From Gordius albopunctatus (Eukaryota): a DNA stretch of 64,000 nt. Location of the stretch: positions 12,586,001-12,650,000 of the forward strand of contig OZ193909.1 of the NCBI GenBank assembly GCA_964276515.1, read 5' to 3'. Shown here piece by piece: positions 1 through 13,700 of the stretch; within the stretch, counting starts at the first letter, position 1; the number at the start of each line of letters is the position of its first letter. Under the pieces are notes generated by a model. It was not told the origin of the DNA. It searched no databases and saw only the letters and a list, made by a program, of their open reading frames with translations. Both the position numbers and the translations under genes were made by a program.

Positions 1-197
1 AAACGAAGCACATATAGATTAGAAATAAACATGGAAATAAAATTTAAGCATGTATCTAAAATTAACAAAGGCATAATCAACATCAATTTATAACGAACAA
101 ATACTTATTTATTTAAATGGTATAAAAAAATTACATACACGACTAAAAAATATTAAAAACGCGCTAAAACTAGGGATGGCATACTATTCATAATATT

Positions 198-450
198 TGT
201 AAACAACTAGAAAGACGTGCTTTTACTATTTCGCACCTAACAAAATGTCTCAAAACGGAGGGGTGAGGAGCATGGTATTATTTAACAATGCGATTATGTG
301 AAGAAATTCCGCCTACCCCTTTATGTCCACCAACATTTTTTGGATTGATGCGCCTACCTACGCAGAGCAGGCCAAGCAGCAAGCAAACGCGCGGGAGCTG
401 GGAGGCATATATTAGTGTTATTTAATTTACATTACATCAACCTCCCCCCA
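198..450 (-). mobile_element. Possible 3' LTR remnant with polypurine tract
   Basis: Minus strand reads GGGGGGAGGTTGA followed by TGTAATGTAAA at 436. The distal LTR end is uncertain. Confidence 0.3.
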
Positions 451-574
451 CCCCTCTTCTAAATTTAAAATTTATTTTTAGAAGCAGATTGGCATTGAAA
501 ATTTTTAATCAGATGTTGGTCCAAATAGCAGGGAAACGAATTTTTTTATTTTTATCGTTCATTTTATACAAGTA

Positions 575-892
575 CTAGATGAACCCGGCAAACGTTGATT
601 TGCCATTTACCCGGGTGTATTAAATTATGTTTGAATTTTAGGGCATATATGATAAAGCGGTTATTAAAGTAAAAATAAAGTTTGATGTCTACTATATGTT
701 CTAGTTCCGTATACAGTGCAACGCGTACGAATACTCGAAAACTACTTGACCGATTTGGCTCAAACAAATCTTAAAACATGCTCCGGAGTGTCAGGAATAA
801 ACTGTGAAATTTTAAGCCAAATCGGTCTGGTAGTTTTCCAAAATTGGTGGCGGCATACACACACATACACAGTTTAATTTTTAAATATAAGA
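575..892 (-). mobile_element. Non-autonomous Helitron, 318 bp
   Basis: On the minus strand it begins TC(TTATATT) and ends with a GGCAAA..TTTGCC hairpin then CTAG, inserted in an A|T dinucleotide. Has an internal (CA)n tract. Confidence 0.75.
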
Positions 893-1696
893 TTGCTTTA
901 GTATATAAATATAGTTTAACAAAATTGTGTAGAAACCCCTGGTAAAATGATCCAAAAACATTTTATTAACCGTCAATTAAACTCTCCCCTTTATAATATA
1001 GGCGCGGTAGAGTAAACCCTAAAATTAATCGATACTGCATATACCGAGGGTATCGCTCATTATTTCGGGCAACAAATTGCCGATTCATGGCAATCCTAAA
1101 CTCCACCACTACCCCACGACTATAATAAAATTAAAATATATGGTAAGCAAGGGTTGGCATCAGTTCTCTTAATCGCTATCCCGCATTTATTCTTTGCCGA
1201 ATCATTAAAACCAACCTAATATACTCACAACAATAGATCTACACATTAGGTTATCATATGTTTTAAGGGTGTAAGTTTAATTTTATTTTAATTGTATAAT
1301 AAATTTTTTAATTATTTTACGGTATTAAAAGGTATATGTGAATATGGTATATCTGTTTAAGTAAAGAAATTCCGTGTATGATTGGGATAACCGATAGTCC
1401 CTTATGCTGCAGGTTTCGACACGCTCCCCTTATTTTGCATCTGGGTAAAATAAATGAGTTTATTAAAATATTTTTTTTTATGTCTAAATCAATTTTTTTT
1501 ACAAAATTTAGAGATAAGTATGGCAGACTTATGCTATGGCATACATATCTTGGGAGTTCCTCACAAAATTGCATAAATCCTAATCGCCCTGACCACCTTT
1601 GCCGATTAAGAATTAGAACGTTGGTTCCAGATACTAACAAAATTGATTCTTCATTAATTAACACTTTTAAACGTTAAGCATGGATATAGGTATATT

Positions 1697-1860
1697 TATG
1701 GGCCTAGCCAGCATTGGCATTAGAGGGGGGAAATGTGATTTAGGGAGGGGTAAAGTGATTATTTTTTAAAATTTTAGCCATAATCTTAATAAATTTGTAT
1801 ATTTATAAGGGGCAGCCGCTCCTCCATGCCGCCCACTCCCCCCCCCTGGCTAGGCCAATG
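1697..1860. mobile_element. hAT-type MITE, 164 bp
   Basis: Imperfect TIRs TATGGGCCTAGCCAG / CTGGCTAGGCCAATG and a perfect 8-bp TSD GGTATATT (1689-1696, 1861-1868). Confidence 0.85.
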
Positions 1861-3247
1861 GGTATATTTTATGTTATTTTGTGATAAGGGTCAGGTATTG
1901 GCCTACCGCCTACCCTCAATCACGGCTTGAAAATTAGATTTCAAGTGATAAATTTAATTCGAGTCACGAGTTCGTGTTAAAATACAAAAATGATTGGTTG
2001 TGTTAAGGTGGAATTTAAAAGCGACCTGGGTTTAAAGATCTACTTTGCAGGACTCTGGTGTAAGCGTAGCTAGAATTAAATTGAGGTTAAGGGGCCAAGG
2101 GAAAATTTGGTAATAATTTAGGGAGGGCATAATATTAAGTTTTTAAAACATTTACCATATTTTGACTCTACCTACAATATGGAATTAAGGGTGGGGAGGG
2201 GAGCTGTTCCCTGCGAGGCTTAAACCTAGGCTCTTATAGATTTCGTAGAAAATTAGACTATTTGTATATTAAAGGGTTTTTTTATTTAATCTCTATGGCC
2301 CATAACCCGACATTTTATAAAATTAATATTTCTTGGACACTGCATCATTAGATCTTGCAAAAAGGAGGGATGAAACAAACACAATATTTTCTAGATGCCA
2401 GACTTGACCTTTCTCTTTATTCTTAACTAGTCGTTGCTAACTAAGACTGACTCCCCTTTATTAAGTCTAATGTTTGCATATTACTAGGCTGTAGTTATTT
2501 TGCGTAGGAGGTAATCGGTGCTTTTGGGACGGGAATTTTCGAAAGTTTTCTATTAATTAATATTTTTTCAATCAACATGGTCGAAGAAATATTACGTAAT
2601 TTTTATTTGGCATGGGTAACTGAAGCTTTAGCGCAAATTAATTAGCTGACTTTGTCACAAAATACCCCGTCTCATATTTCTTCGGCTCCTCATATAACTT
2701 GAAGATGTGGATAAAGAAACACAAAGCTTATAAATCAAATTACATTTTTGGACTCAGTATTAAATTTTTTAGCTAAATGAAGAAATGATACACATTTAAA
2801 ATTATGTGGCAATATCGCGTCCATATATTTCTACATTAGAGACCTGAAGTGCAGACCCGGCCCGCGGACGGTTTGACGGACATGGCTCGGACTTTAATAC
2901 CCAAATGGGACCTTGGAGGATTTTACATATTAGACAAGTGTAATTTCTAGTTATAAAATTTTAAGGCCCAAAATGTCTTGCTTTTCAGCAGTTAATTTGA
3001 ACGTTTAACTTTCCTATAAATTTTATAGTCTTCAATTTTTAATATACCATGACGCAAATTTTTAAACAAATCCAATCCCTCTCTTCAGAGAATCAGCCAT
3101 ACACCTATCGACCGCCCCCCCCCTAATTTAAAAAACAACAAAATTTTTCAATACAAAAACCCTTAGAAACAAAATAGTAAAAAAATACTAGGAACCAAAT
3201 TGGCTAAATATATATCTAACTCTAGAGCAAAACTCAAGCGTTGTATC

Positions 3248-3964
3248 CATTGGTGTAGCCAGGGGGTGACAGGGACGGGCGGGCCCTGCAAAATGAAATT
3301 TCTTCTGCCAGAGCCCGAAGGTCTTTTTTTAGACCCAAGCCGATTTTTCAAATAAAATTTGTGAAAAGTTATTTCACCATCTAAATATAAAATGCATTAG
3401 ATTGTTATTACTCGCAATTTACAATCAGGATATGTTGGTAAAAAATCCATTTTCCCTATTTATTAATTGCTATGCAATTTATGGGTTCAGCTAATAATTT
3501 AAAACTAAAAATCTAACTTTATAAAATATATTTTTAACAATTCTAGAATAAAAAACTTTTTGAAATATTTGCCTATTATATTTACAATTTTCTAACATCT
3601 ACTATGTTTAAATACTATAAGATTTGCAATACAGGTCAGTTATATTATAATAGACAGAAAAGTTGAAGGTTGGAAGCTATATTATGTACACTGTGCGAAG
3701 ATAATTATTTAATATCGAGTTGAGTTTATTTAAATCATATTTTCTAAAGATTAATTTGATTTAGTTCAATTTGGGTCGGGCCCCCTCATCAGGCCCGGCC
3801 CAATTTTTTTAAAATCAAATTCTACCCGAGTCCGGCCCGAAACCCGATCGGGCTAAGCTGCCCACCTCTAAATCCAAAAATCTTTTAATAAAAAATTATC
3901 ATTTTGTCCCTTCCTAAATTATAATTGCCCCCCCCCCCTAAATCCAATCCTGGCTACGCCCATA
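3248..3964. mobile_element. hAT-type MITE with nested fragments of a second, CCCG-repeat-rich MITE
   Basis: TIRs CATTGGTGTAGCCAG / CTGGCTACGCCCATA, same terminal family as 1697-1860. No TSD recognisable. Confidence 0.6.
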
Positions 3965-4732
3965 ATTGCGTGTTTTATAAATCCGCATTTCATATTTTGG
4001 TTTGAATTATTTAAAAACTACATTTAAATTCCATATGTGCATCTTAAGCAATAGTATGAATATGATGTAACGTTAATGCAAAATGAAATGTTATACAAGT
4101 ATCGCTTTGAGTTTATCCCCCAAATTGTGAAAGATCGAAAAGATAGATATTTAAAAATTAAAGTGAATAGCAAAGTAGGCTAGGGGTAGGGAGAAGAGTG
4201 TGTGGTAAGGGGAGGCAAATAAATGGCATGGCATTGAATGTGTTGAGCCGATTGTGGAAATAAGCGCATTGTGCTATTTAATCATCCCCAGCTTAACTTT
4301 CTCCTCACGTGCCCCGAGTTAACGTACGCTTTGCTCTATATTACCCCTAAGTAATTAAATTTGTCAACTCAGAGAAAAATGATAAAAATAGCATAAAATA
4401 TATAAACAAATAGCCTTTTTACGGATAAATTTTATTAAATCCTGGAGATGAGCGTTGCCAGGGTTTAATTTAAAGTGCCAAAAAATTGTATCGGATATTT
4501 TGATGTATTTTTTGCTAGGAAAGGGGCCAACTACTACTCTCTACCTTCCTCTAGCTATGCCCATGATCGTGCATATTTCAATTTTAGAGTTAAATCAATT
4601 TCAAAACTTATCACAACTAATAATAAGTAGTTTACAAAGGAAATATTTTATATACATTGGTGAATCGTAGAAAAACGGAGTAAATATTTCTACTATTTAC
4701 ACGTTCGTTATACGATAGAAAATTAGGTCAAT

Positions 4733-7700
4733 TTAATAGATGAGTTTGAAGCCGAGTTTGCAAAAGTAATCCCTGAGTTTAGAAGAACCCTCGGTTGCAT
4801 CTTTCACGAAATAGACCGCTTCACAATGGAGGCAATTCAGCAAAGCGTCTCGATCGATTCCAACTAGGAAAGAATCTCTCTTCTTAAAAAGGTTTTTGCA
4901 AGGATGCCTGGCAGCACTTGAAGCGATAGTCGAAATGAATATGGAATATATAAAACGACCCTCTATTAAGAAGTTTAATAAAATCCTGAGGTGGGAAGCT
5001 CCTAATATAGGGTTAACTTTAAGTCTCAACAACTCTTCAGATATCCCAGGATGAGCCATGATCACGTCCAATATGGTTGAAGTGAAGAGGTAGAGGAGAT
5101 AGAAATTATAAGGCTTGGGGTTACGCAATGATGCATCGCCATCCCCATAATGGTTCATGAGGTTTGAATGAGGTATGGGCTGTAATAAGGCCTCTATATC
5201 GTGCCAGGGGTAGGCAATTATGTGACTTATGCCTCCAATAGTAAGCATGCTCTCTCGTAAACTCTCATTTTTCATAGGAATCTCTGACTTGCGCTTATTC
5301 CCTGTTGCATCCTCGGGAATCGTTGTATCGTCAACTGCGAAAAGGTTTTCATCTTTTTCATCGGCCTTGAGCTCCTCCGAGTTTGCCATAAAGAAATGGG
5401 CCCTGGGAAAAAGCATGGAATATTTTACATGGGATAAAGGCATATTTTAACAAGATTAATGGCTATTCCTTCAAAAAATCCACGTCGGCTACAATACATT
5501 ATTTCAACTTAAAATATATAAGGGTTCACGTTTCATCCATTGTTACACCTCATTCTTGCATTAACTAAATGTTCAATCACGCATCACTTCTACATAAAAA
5601 ATGCTTAAACTTGACACTTTAGCATGATAATAATTGAATATGTAAGTCTAATTTACTCCACCGTCTGTTCTACGGGTTTGTAGGCGGACAATTTTTTACG
5701 TGGAGGTAGCTCAGGCGAGGTGTTTAAGGCAATGTCGAAACACCAAGGCCCGATATATTCCCTTGTGATGTATTTGATGTCCATCGTACCAATAGGGAAA
5801 ATTTGCAAAGTTTTGAGCAAGATGTATAGATAACGAGTGAACGAATCTTAAAAATATTTTGCATTTCACTATAATAATTACGAGTAGCTTAAATTTTCAA
5901 CATTTTACATGAGTGAATTTAACGAATATTCTAAAAATAACGCAATTTTTTTGAGGAAAATCAGAAAACCTTTTCGTTAAAAATTGCTTATTATTTTAAT
6001 CCTTGACATAAATTAAAAGTTATAATTGTTTTAAAATCCCAAGATTAGACTATTTTGAATTAAAATCCAGTAAAATATTTAATTACTGTAACTTGAGAGT
6101 TTTAATTGCTTCGTTTGGTGGATAATTTCATTTTCAGAAATGCCCTGATTTCCAGCTTTTGCTACAAATTCCAATATAGTTTTGCAAATGGATTTTTCCT
6201 CTTCATTCGTTTCAAAGTTAGCAAGATTCTTGCTAACCAAGCCAAGTAGGGGAACTAAATTTTCCATCTTTTCATCCAAACTTACTGCAAAAAAATTAAA
6301 AAATAAAATCTAGGCGGAGTCTTGAACCGAAGACCTCAAACCATAAGACAAATATGGTTCAGCTACGAGATAAGGACACCGTCGATAATATTATATATAA
6401 ATAAAGCTTTTAAAAAATTGGAAAATTTTTTAATTCGTTCTAACTTTCTTTTTTTTAGCTTAAAATGATTTAAAATAGGATAGTCCACATTAAAAATCTC
6501 AAAACATAATAGGTTTCTTTTCAATAAATTTCAAAGTTTTAACAATTCTTTTGAACGCATTTTGAAAAGATTTAAAATGCGGGTCTAAATTATGGGTTTT
6601 AGAAAAGAACTTAAACCTTTAACACAGTTTATGATTACGCGTTATTTTAGTGCTAAAAAATATTTTAAAGAATGCCCCCAAACAAAATGAAAGTTTAGTT
6701 AATATTTTTTGCACAAAGCCTTATTTGTTACACACAAATTGCACAACTTCATATAACGGTCCCTAAATTTTGTTGTAATTTTAATTTAAAAAAATCGTAC
6801 TTTATATTTGTTTTCACTTAGGTCAATTAAAAATAAATTAATTCCCGCTTTATCACCAATAACTCTGAAATACTCTAAAACCTGCAATGATTATCATCAT
6901 AAATACTAACTTTTATCGTGGTTCTCAATCCATTGTACGCTAGCGTGGAAGGGTATGAAAGAGACCTGGTCAAAGTAAGGATTATTACAACCCCGAGTGT
7001 AGGTTTCGATATCTTCTGTTCTCTGCAAAGGCACCCCCCCGTACAACTGCAACATGCGTCTGAGAGGACCGAATGGTGGCAAATCTTTCATCAAAACCCC
7101 GTTTTCCGAGTTCTTACCTTAAGATAATGTGGCATCATCAATATTCGAAACATGAACCCATTTCCTTTTCCAATTTTAAATTTGTAATGTCTCATTTCGT
7201 AGTGAATTAAAAAATAATTGTAATCAAAAAGGTGAATAAAAATTAGGACCCTAAATAACGAGTCCCATTATGTTCAAAGAATTGTAGGGGATCGAGGGAA
7301 ATGAATGCAAGTAAATTTACACGGTGAATTCAAGTATAATTGATAGTGTGAACATAAAACTCACACTACTTGTAATAACGACTGAAGTGCATGCAAAATT
7401 TATGGGGCAGCACAGTAGTGTTAAACAGACCAAAGGTTTGACCTATAGGCGGCTAAAATCAAAAGTCGAGCAAACAAAACGTAGCCAGTTTCTTTATATA
7501 TTAATGGGGCTTAACTTAACAAGTGCAGAATTAGGACAAAGGATTCTAATTGAGGGAATGAGAGTTGTCTTAGGGTAAAGGGTCGCGATTTCACAAATTA
7601 TGATAAGAATAGCCGTAATTATAAAACTAAAGGAGACATGACACTTAAAACGAGTTTTTTTTCATATACATATTTCTGGCCGGCTAGCTCAATATGTTTT

Positions 7701-10700
7701 ATAATTTCATTAATTCCATTTAGAATAATATCCATATCTGAAGTTCACCTAACATAAACTTTATACCTAAAAGTATCTGTAAGTGTGAATGAAATTCTAA
7801 CTCATAGAATATATAAGTAACTTATCTTACATAAATTGAATGCAAGAAATCGTAGCGTATAAGTCAATCTTTTGTTTGCACCCACAGCTTTGCTAGCAAA
7901 AACGAGATATAGGGGAGACCGGGGACTAAATAGCCATAAAAAGTAACATCGAGTTTAAAAAAAACAAAATATTATTTTTTCAATTTTTTTGTTGGGACGT
8001 TATTTTAAGATCTATTTTTACTAAAGGAAAAATTCGGATTGAAAAAATTAATAGTTTTCTCACAAATTAAATTAAAAAATCCTCCAAATTTAAAAAATGC
8101 CAGGGGCAAGTCATTGCTCCTTTCGAGGGATAGATTATCCCTTACGTTTTCACTTCCTATTGGTGAATGGCTAGCACTAGCCCATCTCCGACTAGCCCCG
8201 ACCCCTATTTTTATAAACAATTAATGATAATTCAACATGTTATATTGGAAATAAAGATTTAATCATTCGACGGTTTTTATATAAAAAGTATCCCTTTATA
8301 AGACAAAACTTAAATTAGTCCAAAATATACAGCCAAAAAATTTTATGCCCTAAATACAAAATTTTGTCAGGGCTATCATTAGACCCCAAAAAATCGTTTT
8401 TCCTATATAAAAATTTTATTTTTTACAAACAAAAATTTTTTTTACTTAAACATTATGAAAAAATACACATTTAAATTTTAGTAATATATCAATAAATTAT
8501 TTTAAAAAATAATTACAAAGGTAATAGTAACCCCGGGCTACGACTAGCCCCGGTCTCCCCTAGATAAATCATATCCTGTTATGCATCAATTTTTGTTTTG
8601 CGGTTCATATAAAAATCCTAACAGCTCTACAATACCTAATTCAAAATTTAATATCATCTAAAATTTTAGAAACGTTTGGTCCTCGTCACTTATACAAGAC
8701 TTCAAAAAGCAGTGTATAAAGAAGAGACTTAGGGTGCGCCTTAACACGCGATTTTAAATCTAGATAGATTAAAAAAGCGAATGCACGTTAAAACATAGCC
8801 GCGTCGTCTTGATAGGAGCGTCACTTCATTTTTATTCTGTTTTTGCTCAAAAAACAAATATTTATCCTTACTTCCGCTTATTAATGCATATTCATATGGT
8901 AACTAAACTAAAATGGTTGATTCCAGGACGAGTATATCGAATATTTAGACAAACAAAAATATGGCGCCATGAAGTTGAATCTTATAATATTAAGACTGGC
9001 CCTTAGAAATGTATCACGTCTAGATTTGTCAGATGCAAAATTTTAACTAAGCTAATTTTTAGAATATATTAGTATTAAAATAAGGACTACTTTAGTCCAG
9101 AAATAAAACTATCGGATAAATTGTTTAGGTGAAATAAGTTTGAATTTGATTTTAAAACAAATTCTAAAACTCTACTATATATAGTAGCCGAAATCAAAGG
9201 AAAAATAGTTTCCAAAAGCAGCGCAGCCATAAATATACACCCTGTTCTAAAATGCAATGTAGTAGCAATTTACTTTGATCATTCACTTCTTTGCTATTTT
9301 CTCCCATAATTCCTGCACCGTCCAAGCTAAGGGTATAACTAACGGTCGAAGATGGATGGAGAAGGTGACCCAAAAAAGCGGACCACTCATGTTTGAAGGT
9401 GTAAGGACGACGCCGTAGATAACGGATTTTAGCCGAACGTTCTACACCATGATCTTCAGAAAAGCCCAGGTTGGTTGTTGGTAGGGGCTCTTGGTCATTT
9501 TCGCCGGGCAATAGCGATGTAAAAAATGGTTGAATACATTCACAACTACGAACGCTCTCGAAATTAGAAAGAACCATATCCATAAGCTCTATCGACTGCA
9601 ATCTATTATTAGGGGAAACTTGATTTCCCAAGGAAATTTCGAAGTTTGGAAAGCGCGTTAGATCCGAACCTTGGTTAATACTACTGTGAGAGCCTTTACT
9701 TTTTTTGCTGCGATTCAAAGGGAGAGGCGAGGAGGGGGCTGAATTTGGGTAAAAAGGCATGGCCTCGTCGGGTCTGATGAAGCGGATGGATAGGCCAGAG
9801 GAAACGAAGCTGTGAATTGAGAGGTAGAGAGGTTCGAAGTAAGGCTGAAAATTTTTGGGCAGCTCAAAGAGCAGGTTTCGTAGGAGGGGACCGATCTCGT
9901 ACCGAAAATCTTTCCCCTTTACACCTAAAACGAGTTCAATTGTAGCGCGTGGGGCATAAAAATATATTTAGTTCAATTGAAAACATAATAGTTAAGCCGA
10001 TGTTGTTCATTTGATCACGTGGTAAATTAACGTTAATTCAAGCAATGGCAAAAAGTCGGACCTTTGTAGGCTTAAATCAAATATAAAAGTTTGCGTTTAC
10101 AATCCCCAACTAGAGGTATTGTTGGTTTCAAATATAATATATATGATGGCGGGGATGATTGCCCTTCCCTGGCTCACTCTGACTAAACCTTTGATATTGT
10201 CTAATTAAGTACTACTCTAAATGAACTACCTAACAAAAGTATCGCCTCCACCTGTTCCCAAATAATTTCAATCAACAAAGTTTATGAGCTTAGCAAGCAT
10301 CTAAGTGGAAAAGATTTGCTCCCTACCTAATACCCGACACAGAAAAGAGGCAAGCATGGACAGATGGAGATTTTTAATATACAAAAATCTTATAAATTAT
10401 ATAACCAAAAGTAGCATCCATAGTATTTATTCTTACAAGACTCTATGGCTGGTTTTAAGCCTCCCTCCAAATATGTCCAAAATGGTTGACCATCGGATTC
10501 GGAGGGGTCGAGAGGAGATGATAATAAATCCCTGTAATAGTCCTGTATGAGCAAAGCGTACGACGATTTCAAAACCTTAAGTTGTCCGTACTCGTTCAAG
10601 AGGAGCATGATAGAATTAAGGGCTGCTGGGCAAGCCTGCAATTCTAGCGGTCTAAGGCGCCACAAGGGTGTATTGTAACTTCGAGGGTCTCGATAACCCA

Positions 10701-13700
10701 ATGTGACCCAGAGGGCTCGACAGATTAGAAGAGAAGCGTAAAACTCTTGTGTTATTTTGCCCCCGAGTAATGCCTAGAGTTTTTGATCATAGTTTTTAAC
10801 GTGTGTCGCGGGAATAAAGTTATTTGGGATAAATCTCACCCAAATAGACAATAAAAATAACCTGTAAAAGGAAGGGGGTCGAGAAACGAATAAGTTGTCA
10901 TGTATTGATAATGTGTGAAATAGTGCAATTGCTAGAAGAAAAAATTGCCCCTAATCAAAAGAATAAAAAGTTGGGAATATATTTAATAAAGGATGATAGT
11001 TACACCAACTCTCTTATAAAATAGGAATGTTAAGCGAAATCATGGTTAAAAGTTTTAAAATATTAGGCGAATAACATTGCTCCTTTAGAAACAAATCATG
11101 TCGCTTTTTAACCATTAAATTTAAGATATTTCCCATTTATAAGTAAATATTAAAGAGTTAATAATTTAAATATAAAATAAATTATTGTACTTGGGGAACG
11201 ATAAAAGTTCGGTTTCCAACACTGTCGATGCTTGAAAGTTCGTTGAAAAATGATATTGATTCCATAAATTCATGGTAATTATATATTTTTTCGGTAGACT
11301 CCGGCTTAGTTGAGTCTAAAGCAAGTGATGCCGGTTGAGGCGGGGTCAAGTGAACGGGCAAAAAGAATCGTATTAGTCTGGCTAAAAGGCTTTCGTAAAG
11401 CTATGAAACATTATATTTGAGTTAGTATTGTAAGTTGAACAATTAGCATAACAATGCTGCAAATTTAGGTTATTTGGGTTGAAGGGTTTAAATTTATCTG
11501 ACGCTTGATAATAATCATTTTAAATGAAAACGCAACAACTTTTTTATAAGATGATAAATATAAAGTATAAAAGTAGGAGATTCCTAATAATAATTTGAAA
11601 ATAACTAAGAGGCGCCCATTGAGTCAAAATTTTTTCATAGTAATCAGTCCGTGGAGGTGAATATTAAGGCGGTTAACATTACCTTGCATTTCCCAATTGC
11701 GATGGTTTTGTCTATTATTACAATTCCATATGTTCTCACTACAACCGTCGTTCAATGTAGGAAGGAAGTCCTGGTTCAATAATTAATTATTAGATACTCA
11801 TGGTACCTAAATCTATATACAGTAGTATCTTCCAAAAACCCTCTTCATTTTATTGAACAAAAACTTCACGACCAATTTAAAAAGTCAATCAAATAGGGTG
11901 GGTACCCTTTTTACAGGCGTTTCCTTCGTTGCGATTTAATAGTATCAAATTATATCAATTAGTGCGCGAACTTAAGGAGCTTGAATCATCCACCTTTGAT
12001 GGCTTCCATAAAAATCAAATAAATAGGAGGTTAATATTATTCATAGCCCATATTTATATATCTCAACGCACAAAAATATTAGCTAAATCGTCAACTTTTA
12101 TATATTTTGCCTTTAAAAAACGAAAAATCGCAATAAAGCGGTAAGTGATAATATGGGGCCACCTCGTCATTTCACACATTATTTTATTACCTGATTTATA
12201 TACACATGATATTACGACCTCAAATATCTGTTGCCTAATAAGGAAACAATCACCAATCATTAGCTTCTTTAAATTTACCCATATTAAAGAAAACTTTAAA
12301 TATGAAAGAATAATAACTTTTTCCATGTTCGCTTGGGATTGAAGGCCTTTGAAAGCTTGCTCCAAGCCGGGCAGGGTTACGAGAAAGCTAAAAACGAATT
12401 TATGAAGGTGACCGGTTGGGTTAAAACACCCATTTTTTGCCTTGTGTATGTGATTTTGCCGAAATTCGTATTCCAGCAGAGAGGCTCGCATCGAGGCCGG
12501 TAATTGATTGCCTAATTGTTGCATGAGACGCATCAAGATAGGGATAGACAGCAATTTATCTGTGCAACGTTTTTAAGATTCAATCAGATTTCTTAAGCGA
12601 TTTACAATTGTGTAGGGATTTTCATAATTTAAGATTTTATAAGCTGCTCTGGGTTAAAGTCTTTCTAAAGAGGTCAAGGTTTTTTGAAAAGCCTAACCTA
12701 TTAGGTCAGGTCGACAAAACCTGAGGTTTTCCCATATACATGCAAATTAAATATTATACATTAAGTCACATCCAAATTTTTGTAGATCAGAATTTTGACG
12801 ATAAAACAATTGTTGTAATATAATATTAATTTTCGTTAAAGCAGTTTCAGAAAAAAACGTCGACTTGGAATGACATATTTATCTAGTTTTTTTCCACCGT
12901 ACCTAGACCTACAGATAATAAAAAGGTGTACCTTATACTTAAAACTATAAATGTGAGTACAGCTTTTTATTTCCTACAATGATGTTATTTAATTAAGTTT
13001 AACAATTCACAAAACTATAGAGTAAACTTTTAGGAATAAAAAAAGGACTAGAAGTTATAAGTCTAGACAATATCACGGTTTGTAAACACTCGGCATTTAT
13101 TGAGATTTAAGTATAATTTTTTTTAAACAAATTACGAATTCTCTATCTTTTCACTGGCCCCACCCTGACTTAAGCTTAATAATGTGCATATTAAATTTTA
13201 CATGATAAATTGCGGGACCGCGCTTTTTCGTGTATGTAGTGGCTGAAAAAATCTTCCACGCTAAAGCCCAGCTTCAAGATCCATTCGATGAGGGAATCTG
13301 TATTGGATAATTCTTTCAAAACACTCCCAACTCTATCCTATCATAATATAAGTAATAAATCCTTGAATTTCAAATCTTAAGTTTTAATATAATACATGAT
13401 ATATCAAACGATTTCTCAAAAATGATTTATATAGTCCTATTAAATACTGGAATTCTCATGGGCTTAAAGGTATTGATAGGAAAATATGGACTAGTGTTTT
13501 AAAAGTGGCTGGGTTTTTTTTGGTCGCACAAACAGACCAGAGATTTTTTGGCCAAACCTTTGTCTGTTTATGTCTAGTCGACTAAAAGCAAAGGCCGATC
13601 AAGCGAAATCCCCCAGCATTTTTACAACACTAATTTGGATACGAATGATTTATGACGGGTTCCTAAAGAGCATAGAAATTAGTTTCACAGATTTGCTATT

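Noticed and set aside
1317..1677. Overlapping 99-115 aa ORFs, and other short ORF-track entries including those spanning N gaps
   Set aside because: No recognisable motifs; they are AT-rich chance frames, antisense shadows of real exons or transposons, or gap artefacts.
6310..6376. Degenerate tRNA-like B box on the minus strand
   Set aside because: No A box, cloverleaf or TSD could be established.
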